Assembly (NCBI GenBank): GCA_964554315.1
Contig: CAZKOI010000001.1
Location: 1-47,860 of the forward strand
Reading direction: 5' to 3'
Length of the DNA: 47,860 nt
From: an uncultured Enterobacterales bacterium
GTDB lineage: Bacteria; Myxococcota_A; UBA796
In this document: piece by piece, positions 37,035-44,636 of the stretch
Numbering within the stretch: position 1 is the stretch's first letter
How the letters are laid out: each line of letters starts with the position of its first letter
Notes under the pieces: model-generated
What the model was told of the DNA's origin: nothing
Seen by the model: the letters and a program-made list of their open reading frames with translations, nothing else
Databases searched by the model: none
Program-made: the position numbers and the translations under genes

Positions 37035-37727
37035 CTATTCCTCGTCATGCGCAGACAAGACGCGCACACGGCGTGTGATGGAAAGCCCCAGTTCAAGGAG
37101 AATCATTCCCAGGAGTCCTCCGATCATCAAGCCGCTGAGCCACCACAGCGGCGACACCGGTACGCCATCGGCACGTCGGTCTCGACCCAAGGCCAGCAAG
37201 GATGCTGGAGCGTGACGCGTCCGTATGCCAGGTCTAGCGTCATCGCGCTTGTCGCTGACCTCAGGCGCGGGACACACCATTCGCTGGTCTGCCCAAGTCA
37301 CCAAGATGGCCCCAGGCTGTGCCTTGAGCTCAATCGCGTGCTGGTCCGTGGGGGGGGTGATGGCTCCTACACAGGAGACATCTTGATCGCCGCGGCGGGC
37401 GACGACAGGCGCTTCTGAGGAAACCCAAATCCATGTTGCGACGGACCCCTCGCCCCCAAGGCTAATGCCGATGTCGTTGTGTTCGCGAGCACGGACATAG
37501 ACCTGGTCTGCCGGTCCATCCGCCAACCACTGCGTCTGCGGGCCCAGTCGCCATGCACTACTCAGGATGGGAAAGTGGGGGGGGTGCGGCGGGAGGCTGT
37601 CACCAGCGATACGGGACCACCCCACAGGAGGCTCGACAGCCCGCTTGCTCTCGTAGATGGACACCACCTTGCCCGTTCCGATCAGGGCTGCGCAGGCGAC
37701 GGCGAGTCGAAGGGGTCTGCCCTTCAT
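37035..37727 (-). CDS. Hypothetical exported protein with C-terminal membrane anchor
   Basis: N-terminal signal/anchor (LRLAVACAALIGTG) and a C-terminal TM helix (WWLSGLMIGGLLGMILLELGL). It overlaps the upstream gene by 4 nt. Confidence 0.5.
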   Translation of the reverse strand: MKGRPLRLAVACAALIGTGKVVSIYESKRAVEPPVGWSRIAGDSLPPHPPHFPILSSAWRLGPQTQWLADGPADQVYVRAREHNDIGISLGGEGSVATWIWVSSEAPVVARRGDQDVSCVGAITPPTDQHAIELKAQPGAILVTWADQRMVCPAPEVSDKRDDARPGIRTRHAPASLLALGRDRRADGVPVSPLWWLSGLMIGGLLGMILLELGLSITRRVRVLSAHDEE

Positions 37728-38803
37728 GGATTGGACCCCTGGCTGCTGTCTTGTGCGCCCCGCACAGGGGGATGCCAGCGCAGGGGTTTGCCGCGCACCC
37801 AGGTCTTTAGGGTGCGGGTCAGCGCGTATGAGAGGATGCGGTGGCCATGGGGAGAGAGCAGCGTGCTGTCGATAAAGAGATCCTCCAGGGTGCGTCCGCT
37901 AGTTCGAAACACTTCGGGTCCATCCAGCACCCAGGCTCCATGGCGACGAGCGACATTCCACATCACCTCGCGGTAGGGCCTCAGCGCGTGGGGTGTATCT
38001 CCACTGATGTCGCCACCGTTTGGGGTCAGCACCAAGGCGACCTCGACACCGCGCTCCCTTGCTTCTTGGACCAGGGCATCGAGATGTTCATCGTAGGTCG
38101 AGGGGCTCATTCGGGCGTCGCCGCTTGGGTTGGCGGATGCGGTACCGGCGAACACCGACCTTCGAAGGTCAGCCTTCGGGCCCCTTCTTATGCTCACGAT
38201 GTGCTCAAGGACCCGAAAGATAGCGAAGCGCTCCAGCCCCTTTCGGGTCTCTGAGCGGCCTCGATAGACGGACAAGAGGTCGATGTCCCGGTAGGGCCCG
38301 ACGGAGACCTCTGCTCCGGGGCCTTCGATGATCAGCAGGTCGGGCTCCAGTCTCCAGCCGCGCATGTCCATCAGGTTTCGTGTCTGGAGTGCGGTGTACC
38401 GAGGTACGGCAAGGTTGAGATCCTCCAGTCCGACTCGTGAGCCTCCCAGCTCTGCGATGGCGTCGGCTGAGAAGATCTCGTGGCGCTCGACGCCTTCGCC
38501 AAAGGCGATGCTTCCTCCCACGGTGATGATTCTGCGGCTCTCGGCGGCCTTTTGCGAGCGAACCTCGGGCCCCCGCATGCCCGCGCTGTTGATGTGAACG
38601 CGCTGACCATTGACGGCGGTATCGCCAGGAGGAAGGCCCCAGAGAAGGTAGGGGTGACCGAGCTGCACTTGATTCGGATCGTCGGGGTCGAGCGTGAGCT
38701 CTCGCTCCATACGAGCCGTCCCTTGCTCGAGTGCCCAGAGCCCGCCCGCGGCCACAAGCAAGGCGGCCATGACCGCGCGAATTGTCCAGCGAGAAGCCTG
38801 CAT
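37724..38803 (-). CDS. Membrane-anchored SGNH-like protein with a GGS variant of block I
   Basis: Same architecture as the 32677-33678 product (N-terminal TM helix, ...NSAGMRGPE..., then block I). Block I reads ITVGGSIAFG instead of GDS. Confidence 0.55.
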   Translation of the reverse strand: MQASRWTIRAVMAALLVAAGGLWALEQGTARMERELTLDPDDPNQVQLGHPYLLWGLPPGDTAVNGQRVHINSAGMRGPEVRSQKAAESRRIITVGGSIAFGEGVERHEIFSADAIAELGGSRVGLEDLNLAVPRYTALQTRNLMDMRGWRLEPDLLIIEGPGAEVSVGPYRDIDLLSVYRGRSETRKGLERFAIFRVLEHIVSIRRGPKADLRRSVFAGTASANPSGDARMSPSTYDEHLDALVQEARERGVEVALVLTPNGGDISGDTPHALRPYREVMWNVARRHGAWVLDGPEVFRTSGRTLEDLFIDSTLLSPHGHRILSYALTRTLKTWVRGKPLRWHPPVRGAQDSSQGSNP

Positions 38804-38850
38804 GGGGGGACCCTATCGTCTCGAGAGGCGGCACGTCGCTGCCGGCTTGC

Positions 38851-38928
38851 ATATACTTTAATATCAACATAGATAATTTAATAACTTAATGTTAATAAAA
38901 AAACGTGATAGATATTGTATCAACTAAC
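38851..38928. promoter_or_regulatory. AT-rich divergent promoter/operator region with paired TATCAAC and ATAGATA words
   Basis: 15 G/C in the 80 nt from 38851 to 38930 by my count, against a very GC-rich background. TATCAAC occurs at 38862-38868 and 38918-38924, and ATAGATA at 38869-38875 and 38908-38914. TTAATA occurs three times. The tract runs into the first codons of the XRE gene. Confidence 0.6.
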
Positions 38929-39462
38929 CTCGCGCTCAACGTTCGCCATCTGCGCTCTGCAAGGCAGTTGAGTCAAGCCCAGCTCGCCGAAATAGCTGGC
39001 ATTCCTCGACCGACATTGGCCAACCTGGAGTCCGGGAAGGCCAACCCCACTTTGTCTGTGCTGATGCGCTTGGCGAGCGCTCTTCAGGTGCTGATTGAGG
39101 AGCTCGTGGCCCCGCCGCGGGCGTCCGCAACACACCATGGTGCAGACGATCTCCCCCTGCGTCAGCGGGGGCCTGTTTCCATCGTGAAGGTTCTGCCTGA
39201 CGCTATGCGTGGGCTTGACATAGAGCGGATACAGGTTCCCGCTGGCCATCTCTTTTCCGCGATTCCTCACGCGCGAGGAACCCGGGCCTACCTCAGCGGT
39301 CAGCGGGGCAGAGTTGAGGTGAATGTGGGAGGCGAGGTCCATGTCTTGGAGGAGGGTGATGTGGTGGTCTTCCGAGGTGACCAGCGCCACAGCATTGAGA
39401 ATCGTGAGGCGGCAGAGGCGGTTGTGCTCAGAGTGGTCACCCTCGCGCCGGTGCCGGAGTGA
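38905..39462 (+). CDS. XRE-family HTH transcriptional regulator with C-terminal cupin domain
   Basis: HTH_3 block LRSARQLSQAQLAEIAGIPRPTLANLESGKANPTLSVLMRLASAL and a cupin-like C-terminal half (GEVHVLEEGDVVVFRGDQRHSIEN). The GTG start lies inside the AT-rich tract. Confidence 0.85.
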   Translation: MIDIVSTNLALNVRHLRSARQLSQAQLAEIAGIPRPTLANLESGKANPTLSVLMRLASALQVLIEELVAPPRASATHHGADDLPLRQRGPVSIVKVLPDAMRGLDIERIQVPAGHLFSAIPHARGTRAYLSGQRGRVEVNVGGEVHVLEEGDVVVFRGDQRHSIENREAAEAVVLRVVTLAPVPE

Positions 39463-39519
39463 AAGAACGTCGCGCTCCAGAGACGGAGGGGGTAGAATGG
39501 GCGCTCAACGGGAGCCTAG

Positions 39520-40362
39520 ATGCGCGGCCTCATTTCTTTGATTCTGATCGCATGCGGTGATGTGAAGGACGCCGCCGAGGATACCGAGGCCGTGCTTGCG
39601 TCGGATGCCGATGCGGACGCGGACGCTGATTCCGACGCTGATTCCGACGCTGATTCCGATACCGATGCTGACGCTGACGCTGACGCTGACGCTGATGCCG
39701 ATGCCGACGCCGATGCCGACGCCGATGCGGACGCGGACGCCGATGCCGATGCCGACGCGGACGCCGATGCCGACGCGGACGCCGATGCGGACGCCGACGC
39801 GGACGCCGATGCCGACGCGGACGCCGATGCCGATGCCGATGGCGACACACCCCTGCGGGAGTACATCGGCGGATACCCCGTCAATCCCTGTGAGAGTACG
39901 CCCTCTCCGACGGGCTACGGCGTGGGCCAGATCGTGCCTGACTTCGCCCTGGTCGATCAGCACGGCGAGGAGGTCCGGCTCTCTGACTTCTGTGGGTCAG
40001 TGGTCCTCCTCGAGACAGCGGCCTTCTGGTGAGGCTCCTGCGCGGCAAGCGCACCGGGTCTGGATGACCTGTACGACACCTACCGAGACCGTGGCTTTGT
40101 GGTCATGTCACTCATGATCGAGAACTGGGCCGGGGGTATTCCCTCGGTCAGTGAGCTCGGCTCCTGGGCCTCGTCCTACGGAATGTCGTCTCCCGTCTTG
40201 GCCGATGCCGGGATGGGCGTGACCTCCCAGTTCATCTGGGCGGACGGGGTGACGTCATTCGCACTTCCGTCCAAGCACCTCATCGGGCCCGGGATGGAGG
40301 TCTTGGCCATCAATGAGGCGCACATCCCAGCCTCGCTCATCGAGGCTCATCTGCCCGATTAG
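39520..40362 (+). CDS. Thioredoxin-fold (TlpA/redoxin-like) lipoprotein with (Asp-Ala)n linker and in-frame TGA at the CxxC position. Candidate selenoprotein; alternatively a nonsense pseudogene.
   Basis: ORFs 39520-40032 and 40099-40362 are in the same frame and separated only by TGA 40030-40032. Read-through gives ...[10 protein letters not shown]-[TGA]-GSCAAS..., a W-U-G-S-C redox motif. From VPDF to the motif it aligns without gaps to the WCGPC of the paralog at 23739-24308. Lipobox LILIAC. Confidence 0.55.
39604..39846 (+). repeat. Imperfect hexanucleotide tandem repeat (GAY-GCN)n encoding ~81 aa of Asp-Ala/Asp-Ser dipeptides
   Basis: Codons 29-109 of the gene read [26 protein letters not shown]...DADGD. 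Synonymous variation (gat/gac, gcc/gcg/gct) breaks the perfect DNA identity. Confidence 0.95.
40030..40071 (+). other. In-frame UGA plus downstream candidate SECIS-like hairpins
   Basis: Hairpin A (40036-40058): stem TGCGC/GCGCA with loop GGCAA, extendable by 3 bp across a CC bulge. Hairpin B (40055-40071): CGGGTC/GACCTG (one G-U pair) with loop TGGAT, starting 28 nt after the UGA. The two are mutually exclusive and were paired by eye only. Confidence 0.35.
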
Positions 40363-40406
40363 CCCCCCAGCCATGCCACCAACGACGTGCCGCTGCGCGG
40401 TCTGCG

Positions 40407-41294
40407 TCACTCCTCTCTCGGCCGAGCCCGGATACCATTGTAGTAGTCATCGGCGTACGTCTCACCGGGGGTGCACGTGCTCGAGTACTCCTCAAAGCAC
40501 CGGACCTCCATGTTGAAGTAGAGGGTCCGCTCTGTCGCCCCGAGATCGCAGTCCCACTCCCCGGGGGTGGCTTTCTGGCTCCAATTGAGCGACGACGGGT
40601 TGGGATTTGGGCTCAGCAGGCGGCAGCGAGGAGAGTCGTCCACCTGCTCTCCTCCGGGCACCACCGAGAACCACCCGTGCCAATAGAGCCCGCTGGCATG
40701 CAGACCGGGCATGTTGTTGGTGATCTCGGCCGTACCGGAGCGCCCAATCGCATTGGCGGTGAAGGGCAGGGAGAGAATCTTGCCGCTCGGAATTCGGAGA
40801 TCATTCGTCCAATAGCTGGCCCCCAGCGACCAATTGTCGAGGTGAATCTCCGGGTCACAGACCACCCGCTCGGCGACCTCCGCGGGCACACCGCTGCAGT
40901 ACGCTGCGGGCTCCGGTATGGCCTCTTCGAAGACGGCAATGACCGAGCAGTCCTGCGTCACCGGTGCCGTCCTGAACTGAAGCCCCTCCACACTGCCGCC
41001 GCACGTGCCCGTGACAGCTGCCAATCCCCACCCCTCGTCGGGCGTCACATCAACCCGAAGCACCCGCCCGTCATTGACCCTCACATCGCCGACCGGCGTG
41101 GCGAACCCGCCACCGCTCACGGACGTCGATACCGTGTGCCAGACCGCGTCCTCTCCGGTGTCAGTCGACTGCGGGGCTCCGGTGTCGAGCGAGGTTGGTT
41201 TATCCGAGCCGCTGTCGCTGGACGCCGCTTTATCGCTCTGGCATCCCGTCATGAGACCCAGACATAGGGTGATCATAGAGGTCTTAAACGGCAT
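40407..41294 (-). CDS. Lipoprotein with divergent InlB B-repeat-like domain and Cys-rich C-terminal domain of unknown function
   Basis: An ATG at 41294 is preceded by GGAGAG, with lipobox LGLMTGC and an S/D/T-rich linker. The B-repeat-like segment is VSGGGFATPVGDVRVNDGRVLRVDVTPDEGWGLAAVTGTCGG...VIAVF. The mature part has 8 further Cys. Confidence 0.65.
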   Translation of the reverse strand: MPFKTSMITLCLGLMTGCQSDKAASSDSGSDKPTSLDTGAPQSTDTGEDAVWHTVSTSVSGGGFATPVGDVRVNDGRVLRVDVTPDEGWGLAAVTGTCGGSVEGLQFRTAPVTQDCSVIAVFEEAIPEPAAYCSGVPAEVAERVVCDPEIHLDNWSLGASYWTNDLRIPSGKILSLPFTANAIGRSGTAEITNNMPGLHASGLYWHGWFSVVPGGEQVDDSPRCRLLSPNPNPSSLNWSQKATPGEWDCDLGATERTLYFNMEVRCFEEYSSTCTPGETYADDYYNGIRARPREE

Positions 41295-41484
41295 GAGGAT
41301 CGTCTCTCCTGGGTCCAACTATTGGCGGCGATAAGCGCGGGTGGTCGTCGCTCCGTACCGGTGGAGCGGGACGCTCTCAGAAGGTATTCCCGGTTCGGAA
41401 GCTGACAACGGTGCAGTCGTCTAAGGCGCGTGCGGCCGAGGTTCGCTCTCGTGACCGGCTGCTTCATCGCCCCGTCACGCCCGT

Positions 41485-42243
41485 CTATGCTGGTTGTCGA
41501 AGGACCCCTACCGTGACATCCAGCGTCCCATCGGGAAACATCTCGATGGCATCCGGATAGCCCTCCAGGCCGTGCCGTCTCAAGGCACTCATGCACCGAT
41601 GCCATGAGTCTGGGGCGCCGAAGTGAAGCGCGATCGCGCGAGCCAGCTCGGTCGTTCCAGACCATCGCGCCTCGGAGACCCAGACCACGCTAGCGACCGA
41701 GCCGCGGCACCACCTCACGCCCCAGATGCCGGCTGCCCCGTGGTCGACCAGCGTCGCGACCTGCTCCGCGAGCGTGCCGCGAAGGTAGTGAAAGGGCGCG
41801 GACTGGTGTCGAGTGATCACGCTCCGTGCCCCCACCGGTACGGTGGCGATGAGACACATCAAGTCACCCGCGAATTCAGGGGGACGCAGCGCCTCGACAG
41901 CCGCAATGGCGCGGTGGTCCTGGAGGTCGTCGAGGTAGATCTCCGCGCCGTCCGACCCGTCGGTGTCTATCATGCGGCGCATGCCTGGAATCGATAGCGC
42001 GAGTAGATCACGCGTCTGGGCGCACGGCCACTGGCTCTGGACCGCCGTCGCCCAGGCCTCCGGCTCCCCTTGGTCGCTGACCGCCACACGGGGCGGGCGG
42101 TCCGTTACTCCAAAGGCCAGAATCGGGCCCACCTTGAAGTCTTCTATCAAGGGATCCGCGACTTCAGGTCGGATGAGCCGGGCTATCCTCGACGGTACCC
42201 CCGCTGGAAAGACAGCATCGAGCATCGCTTGGGTCGAGCTCAC
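41485..42243 (-). CDS. Hypothetical protein, translationally coupled to the radical SAM genes
   Basis: A 252-aa ORF whose start overlaps the stop of the upstream radical SAM gene by 4 nt. No signal peptide, TM helix or catalytic motif recognised. Confidence 0.6.
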   Translation of the reverse strand: MSSTQAMLDAVFPAGVPSRIARLIRPEVADPLIEDFKVGPILAFGVTDRPPRVAVSDQGEPEAWATAVQSQWPCAQTRDLLALSIPGMRRMIDTDGSDGAEIYLDDLQDHRAIAAVEALRPPEFAGDLMCLIATVPVGARSVITRHQSAPFHYLRGTLAEQVATLVDHGAAGIWGVRWCRGSVASVVWVSEARWSGTTELARAIALHFGAPDSWHRCMSALRRHGLEGYPDAIEMFPDGTLDVTVGVLRQPA

Positions 42244-43304
42244 GGCCAGCCCAGCTCTCGTCGCAGGGCCAAGATGGCCAGATCAATCGCGGCACCGAAG
42301 CGACAGTTTTCCTCAATGATCTGTCGCTCCTCGCTTCCCTCCGGATAGCTGCCGACCATCACATCATACAGCTCAGAGAGCGACCACCTCAGCGGGTCAA
42401 AGTGCACCGTTTCGCTGAGATGACCCCGCCAGTATGTCTCCTTGAGGCGAGGAAAGCGCCGCTCCAGGAAGATGGCTCCGTCATGGTAGATGCGACCGTC
42501 TACATCCACGATGAGATCATCGGACAGCATGACGGGCTCGCAGTCGCTCTTCCAATTGAACAACACCATCTCTTCAGCGTGAGCATGGTGATGGCGGAGT
42601 ACACGAAGAAGCGAGCCGATGTAGGCATCCATCTGCTCTTGGCTCCAGCGCATCCCCACCGCATAGTTAAGCTGAAGGCGTCGAACACCGGTCTCCAGGG
42701 CCCACTGATATCGCTCCATGCACGCGTCAGCGGCAGCAGGCGGCAGCACGGCATTCATGAACCACGGCACTCGGTGACCCTGCAGCAGCTTGATGGCGCG
42801 AGTCACGCCAGCATAGGCCTCCTCGTCAGAGCACAGGTGCGCCTGACGAAACCGGCGGTGAGCGAGCGCCGGGCCGTCGAGAGAGAACATGAGCATCACA
42901 GGATGCTCGGCCAAGAAGTCAAGCTGAGCCTCCGTGAGGCCCACACCGTTGGTGGTGAGGCAGATCTCGAGCTTTCGTCCTTCTCGCTCAGGGTGTGCGG
43001 ACACATAGCGAACCGCGTCCTCGAGCACCGACCAGCAGCGGGTCGGCTCGCCGCCAAAGAACTGAAGCTCAAGCCTGGGTCGGCTGGACTTCATCAACAG
43101 GTCGATGGCCCGTCGTGCATCCGACGACGCCAGCTCCGCCGCGCCCTCCATCTTGTCCACCAGACAGTAGCCGCAGCGGAGCTCACATGAGCGCGTCAAC
43201 ATGAGCATCAAGCGCTCAACGCCAGGTCCTTCTCCGAGGTTTACGCTGCCTCGGCGGAGGATCTGGCCGAGGCGCTTCTGTGCCTGATCGGGGGTCGGTA
43301 TCAC
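42240..43304 (-). CDS. Radical SAM protein (anSME/SPASM-family-like core without a C-terminal Cys cluster)
   Basis: CxxxCxxC motif in LMLTRSCELRCGYCLV and a GGEP block (LQFFGGEPT). The C-terminal region has the SPASM-like VDVDGRIYHDG but lacks the auxiliary-cluster cysteines. Confidence 0.85.
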   Translation of the reverse strand: MIPTPDQAQKRLGQILRRGSVNLGEGPGVERLMLMLTRSCELRCGYCLVDKMEGAAELASSDARRAIDLLMKSSRPRLELQFFGGEPTRCWSVLEDAVRYVSAHPEREGRKLEICLTTNGVGLTEAQLDFLAEHPVMLMFSLDGPALAHRRFRQAHLCSDEEAYAGVTRAIKLLQGHRVPWFMNAVLPPAAADACMERYQWALETGVRRLQLNYAVGMRWSQEQMDAYIGSLLRVLRHHHAHAEEMVLFNWKSDCEPVMLSDDLIVDVDGRIYHDGAIFLERRFPRLKETYWRGHLSETVHFDPLRWSLSELYDVMVGSYPEGSEERQIIEENCRFGAAIDLAILALRRELGWP

Positions 43305-44611
43305 GCGCGAAGCTCCACCGGTGGACGAGGCACGGGTGTCGACTCGGTCGGTTCAGGACCTCGAATCATCCGGAGCGCTTGGTGAACCTTGTCCAAGTCC
43401 GACTGGGTACAGTGAGTAAGACGAATCATCGCCTCGCCTGCCCCAAAGGGCTGATCAACATAGCGCTCGATCAGCAGATCATTCGCCTCGCAGAGTTGGT
43501 ACAACCTCGTCCATCGCTCGGGGGTGTAGTACTTCCAGCTCAGCTCACCCGCCCCGACCTCTCGCGCCATGCGGACCGTCGCGGCCAGGTGTTGGGGAGT
43601 CTCGAAGGGAAGGCCCATGATGAAGCTCGCATGAACCGTGATGCCTGAATCCTCGAGACGCCTGACCGCCTCGAGCGCCGCGGCGTTGGTAAAGGGCTTG
43701 TCCAAGAAGCGACGCCGATAGGCCTCATCGCCGCACTCCAGCCCGAGAACAGCATAGTCACAGCCCGCGCGCGCGAGATCGGCCACCAGCGTCTCCGTGA
43801 CCTGCTCCACCCGCAGCTGCACGGCGAGAGGCTGACCCACCTCGGATGCATAGGCCGAGCAAAATGAAGAGACCCATCGGCGGTCGAGCGGGAAGATGGC
43901 ATCCCAAGTAGCGAAGCCATGCTCCACCGAGACGGTCTGCATCGTTCGTTGCATCTCTGAGATGGTGCGATCGACGGAGCGAAGGGTCATGGATCCAGCG
44001 GTGGGTTGACCATGAAGTCGGCGGTAGCCATCAATGCCGCAGAAGGTGCAGGTAAAGGGACAGAAGCCACGAGATATTGCGACCCCCACCGCTTGCTCAT
44101 AGCGATTGCCCGCGTTGGTGAGATCCCCAAAGAGTCCTCGATCCCAGTCCGGCAGTCCGTCGACGTCGGCCACGCGGGGTCGCTGCACCGGATCGGCGGA
44201 CCCGCGCCGTAGGATGCCCGGGTGAGGAATGTCCGGCCGCTCGATCCACCCCAACAGCCCCGGCTCTCCCTCGCCAGCACAGACAGCGTCGACATCCAGC
44301 TGGGCGAGTGTCTCCGTCGGGTAGGTCGTGGGGTGTGCACCGCCGGCGATGACGCGTGCGTCCGGCAGTGCCGCGCGCAGAGCGGGCAGGACTTCCGCCA
44401 CCCGCTCAAAGCGACAGGTCATGAAGCTCAACCCCACCACCTCCGCAGCGCTCTGCTGGGCGGCCTGCTGGATCTCAGCGCAGGTCGCCTCGTCCTGAAT
44501 GGTCAGCAACTCGACGCTGTGGCCCGCCTCCTTGAGCCAGGCCGAGAGAGCGGCTATCGAGCTGTTGAACTGCACCCCTGCCTGGGCGGTATGGACGAAG
44601 AGGACATTCAT
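43301..44611 (-). CDS. B12-binding-domain radical SAM protein (class B-like)
   Basis: N-terminal cobalamin-binding-like Rossmann domain (MNVLFVHTAQ...VVGLSFMT...VIAGGAHPT), followed by ISRGFCPFTCTFCGI (CxxxCxxC). Confidence 0.85.
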   Translation of the reverse strand: MNVLFVHTAQAGVQFNSSIAALSAWLKEAGHSVELLTIQDEATCAEIQQAAQQSAAEVVGLSFMTCRFERVAEVLPALRAALPDARVIAGGAHPTTYPTETLAQLDVDAVCAGEGEPGLLGWIERPDIPHPGILRRGSADPVQRPRVADVDGLPDWDRGLFGDLTNAGNRYEQAVGVAISRGFCPFTCTFCGIDGYRRLHGQPTAGSMTLRSVDRTISEMQRTMQTVSVEHGFATWDAIFPLDRRWVSSFCSAYASEVGQPLAVQLRVEQVTETLVADLARAGCDYAVLGLECGDEAYRRRFLDKPFTNAAALEAVRRLEDSGITVHASFIMGLPFETPQHLAATVRMAREVGAGELSWKYYTPERWTRLYQLCEANDLLIERYVDQPFGAGEAMIRLTHCTQSDLDKVHQALRMIRGPEPTESTPVPRPPVELRA

Positions 44612-44636
44612 GGGTCAGAGCGTGTAGGGTAGCAGA

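Noticed and set aside
39604-39846. Possible CRISPR array or non-coding satellite
   Set aside because: The period is 6 nt with no spacers. The tract lies entirely in-frame inside a CDS and keeps a strict Asp-X dipeptide reading.
39505-39963. Several long ORFs on both strands across the repeat, encoding poly-SA, poly-RH(R)P, GIGVRV-type and MPMRTRT-type peptides
   Set aside because: They are frame and strand echoes of the (GAY-GCN)n repeat. Only frame +1 has a lipoprotein signal upstream and a thioredoxin-fold domain downstream.
39520-40362. Treating 39520-40032 and 40099-40362 as two independent small genes
   Set aside because: The first would end one residue before its redox motif. The second would start in the middle of the thioredoxin fold with no RBS context. 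Both share one frame, and the 66 nt between them encode the conserved GSC...LDDLY...GF segment seen in the paralog.
41385-41465. tRNA-like, possibly selC, signal: GGTTCG words and a CCGGT...ACCGG closing stem in the 166-nt gap
   Set aside because: Manual threading gives no D-arm (GGAA would need TTCC but finds CGGT). The acceptor stem is only 5 bp with mismatches outside, and the T-stem is imperfect. It is not a cloverleaf.
41273-41665. 130-aa minus-strand ORF, and its 64-aa Arg-rich tail starting MKQPVTRANLG in the 41295-41484 gap, as a possible RiPP precursor
   Set aside because: It overlaps the 3' end of the 252-aa gene and the lipoprotein start in other frames. Its Arg/Pro-rich composition is typical of off-frame translation in high-GC DNA. 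It has no leader-core-like features or Cys/Ser/Thr-rich core.
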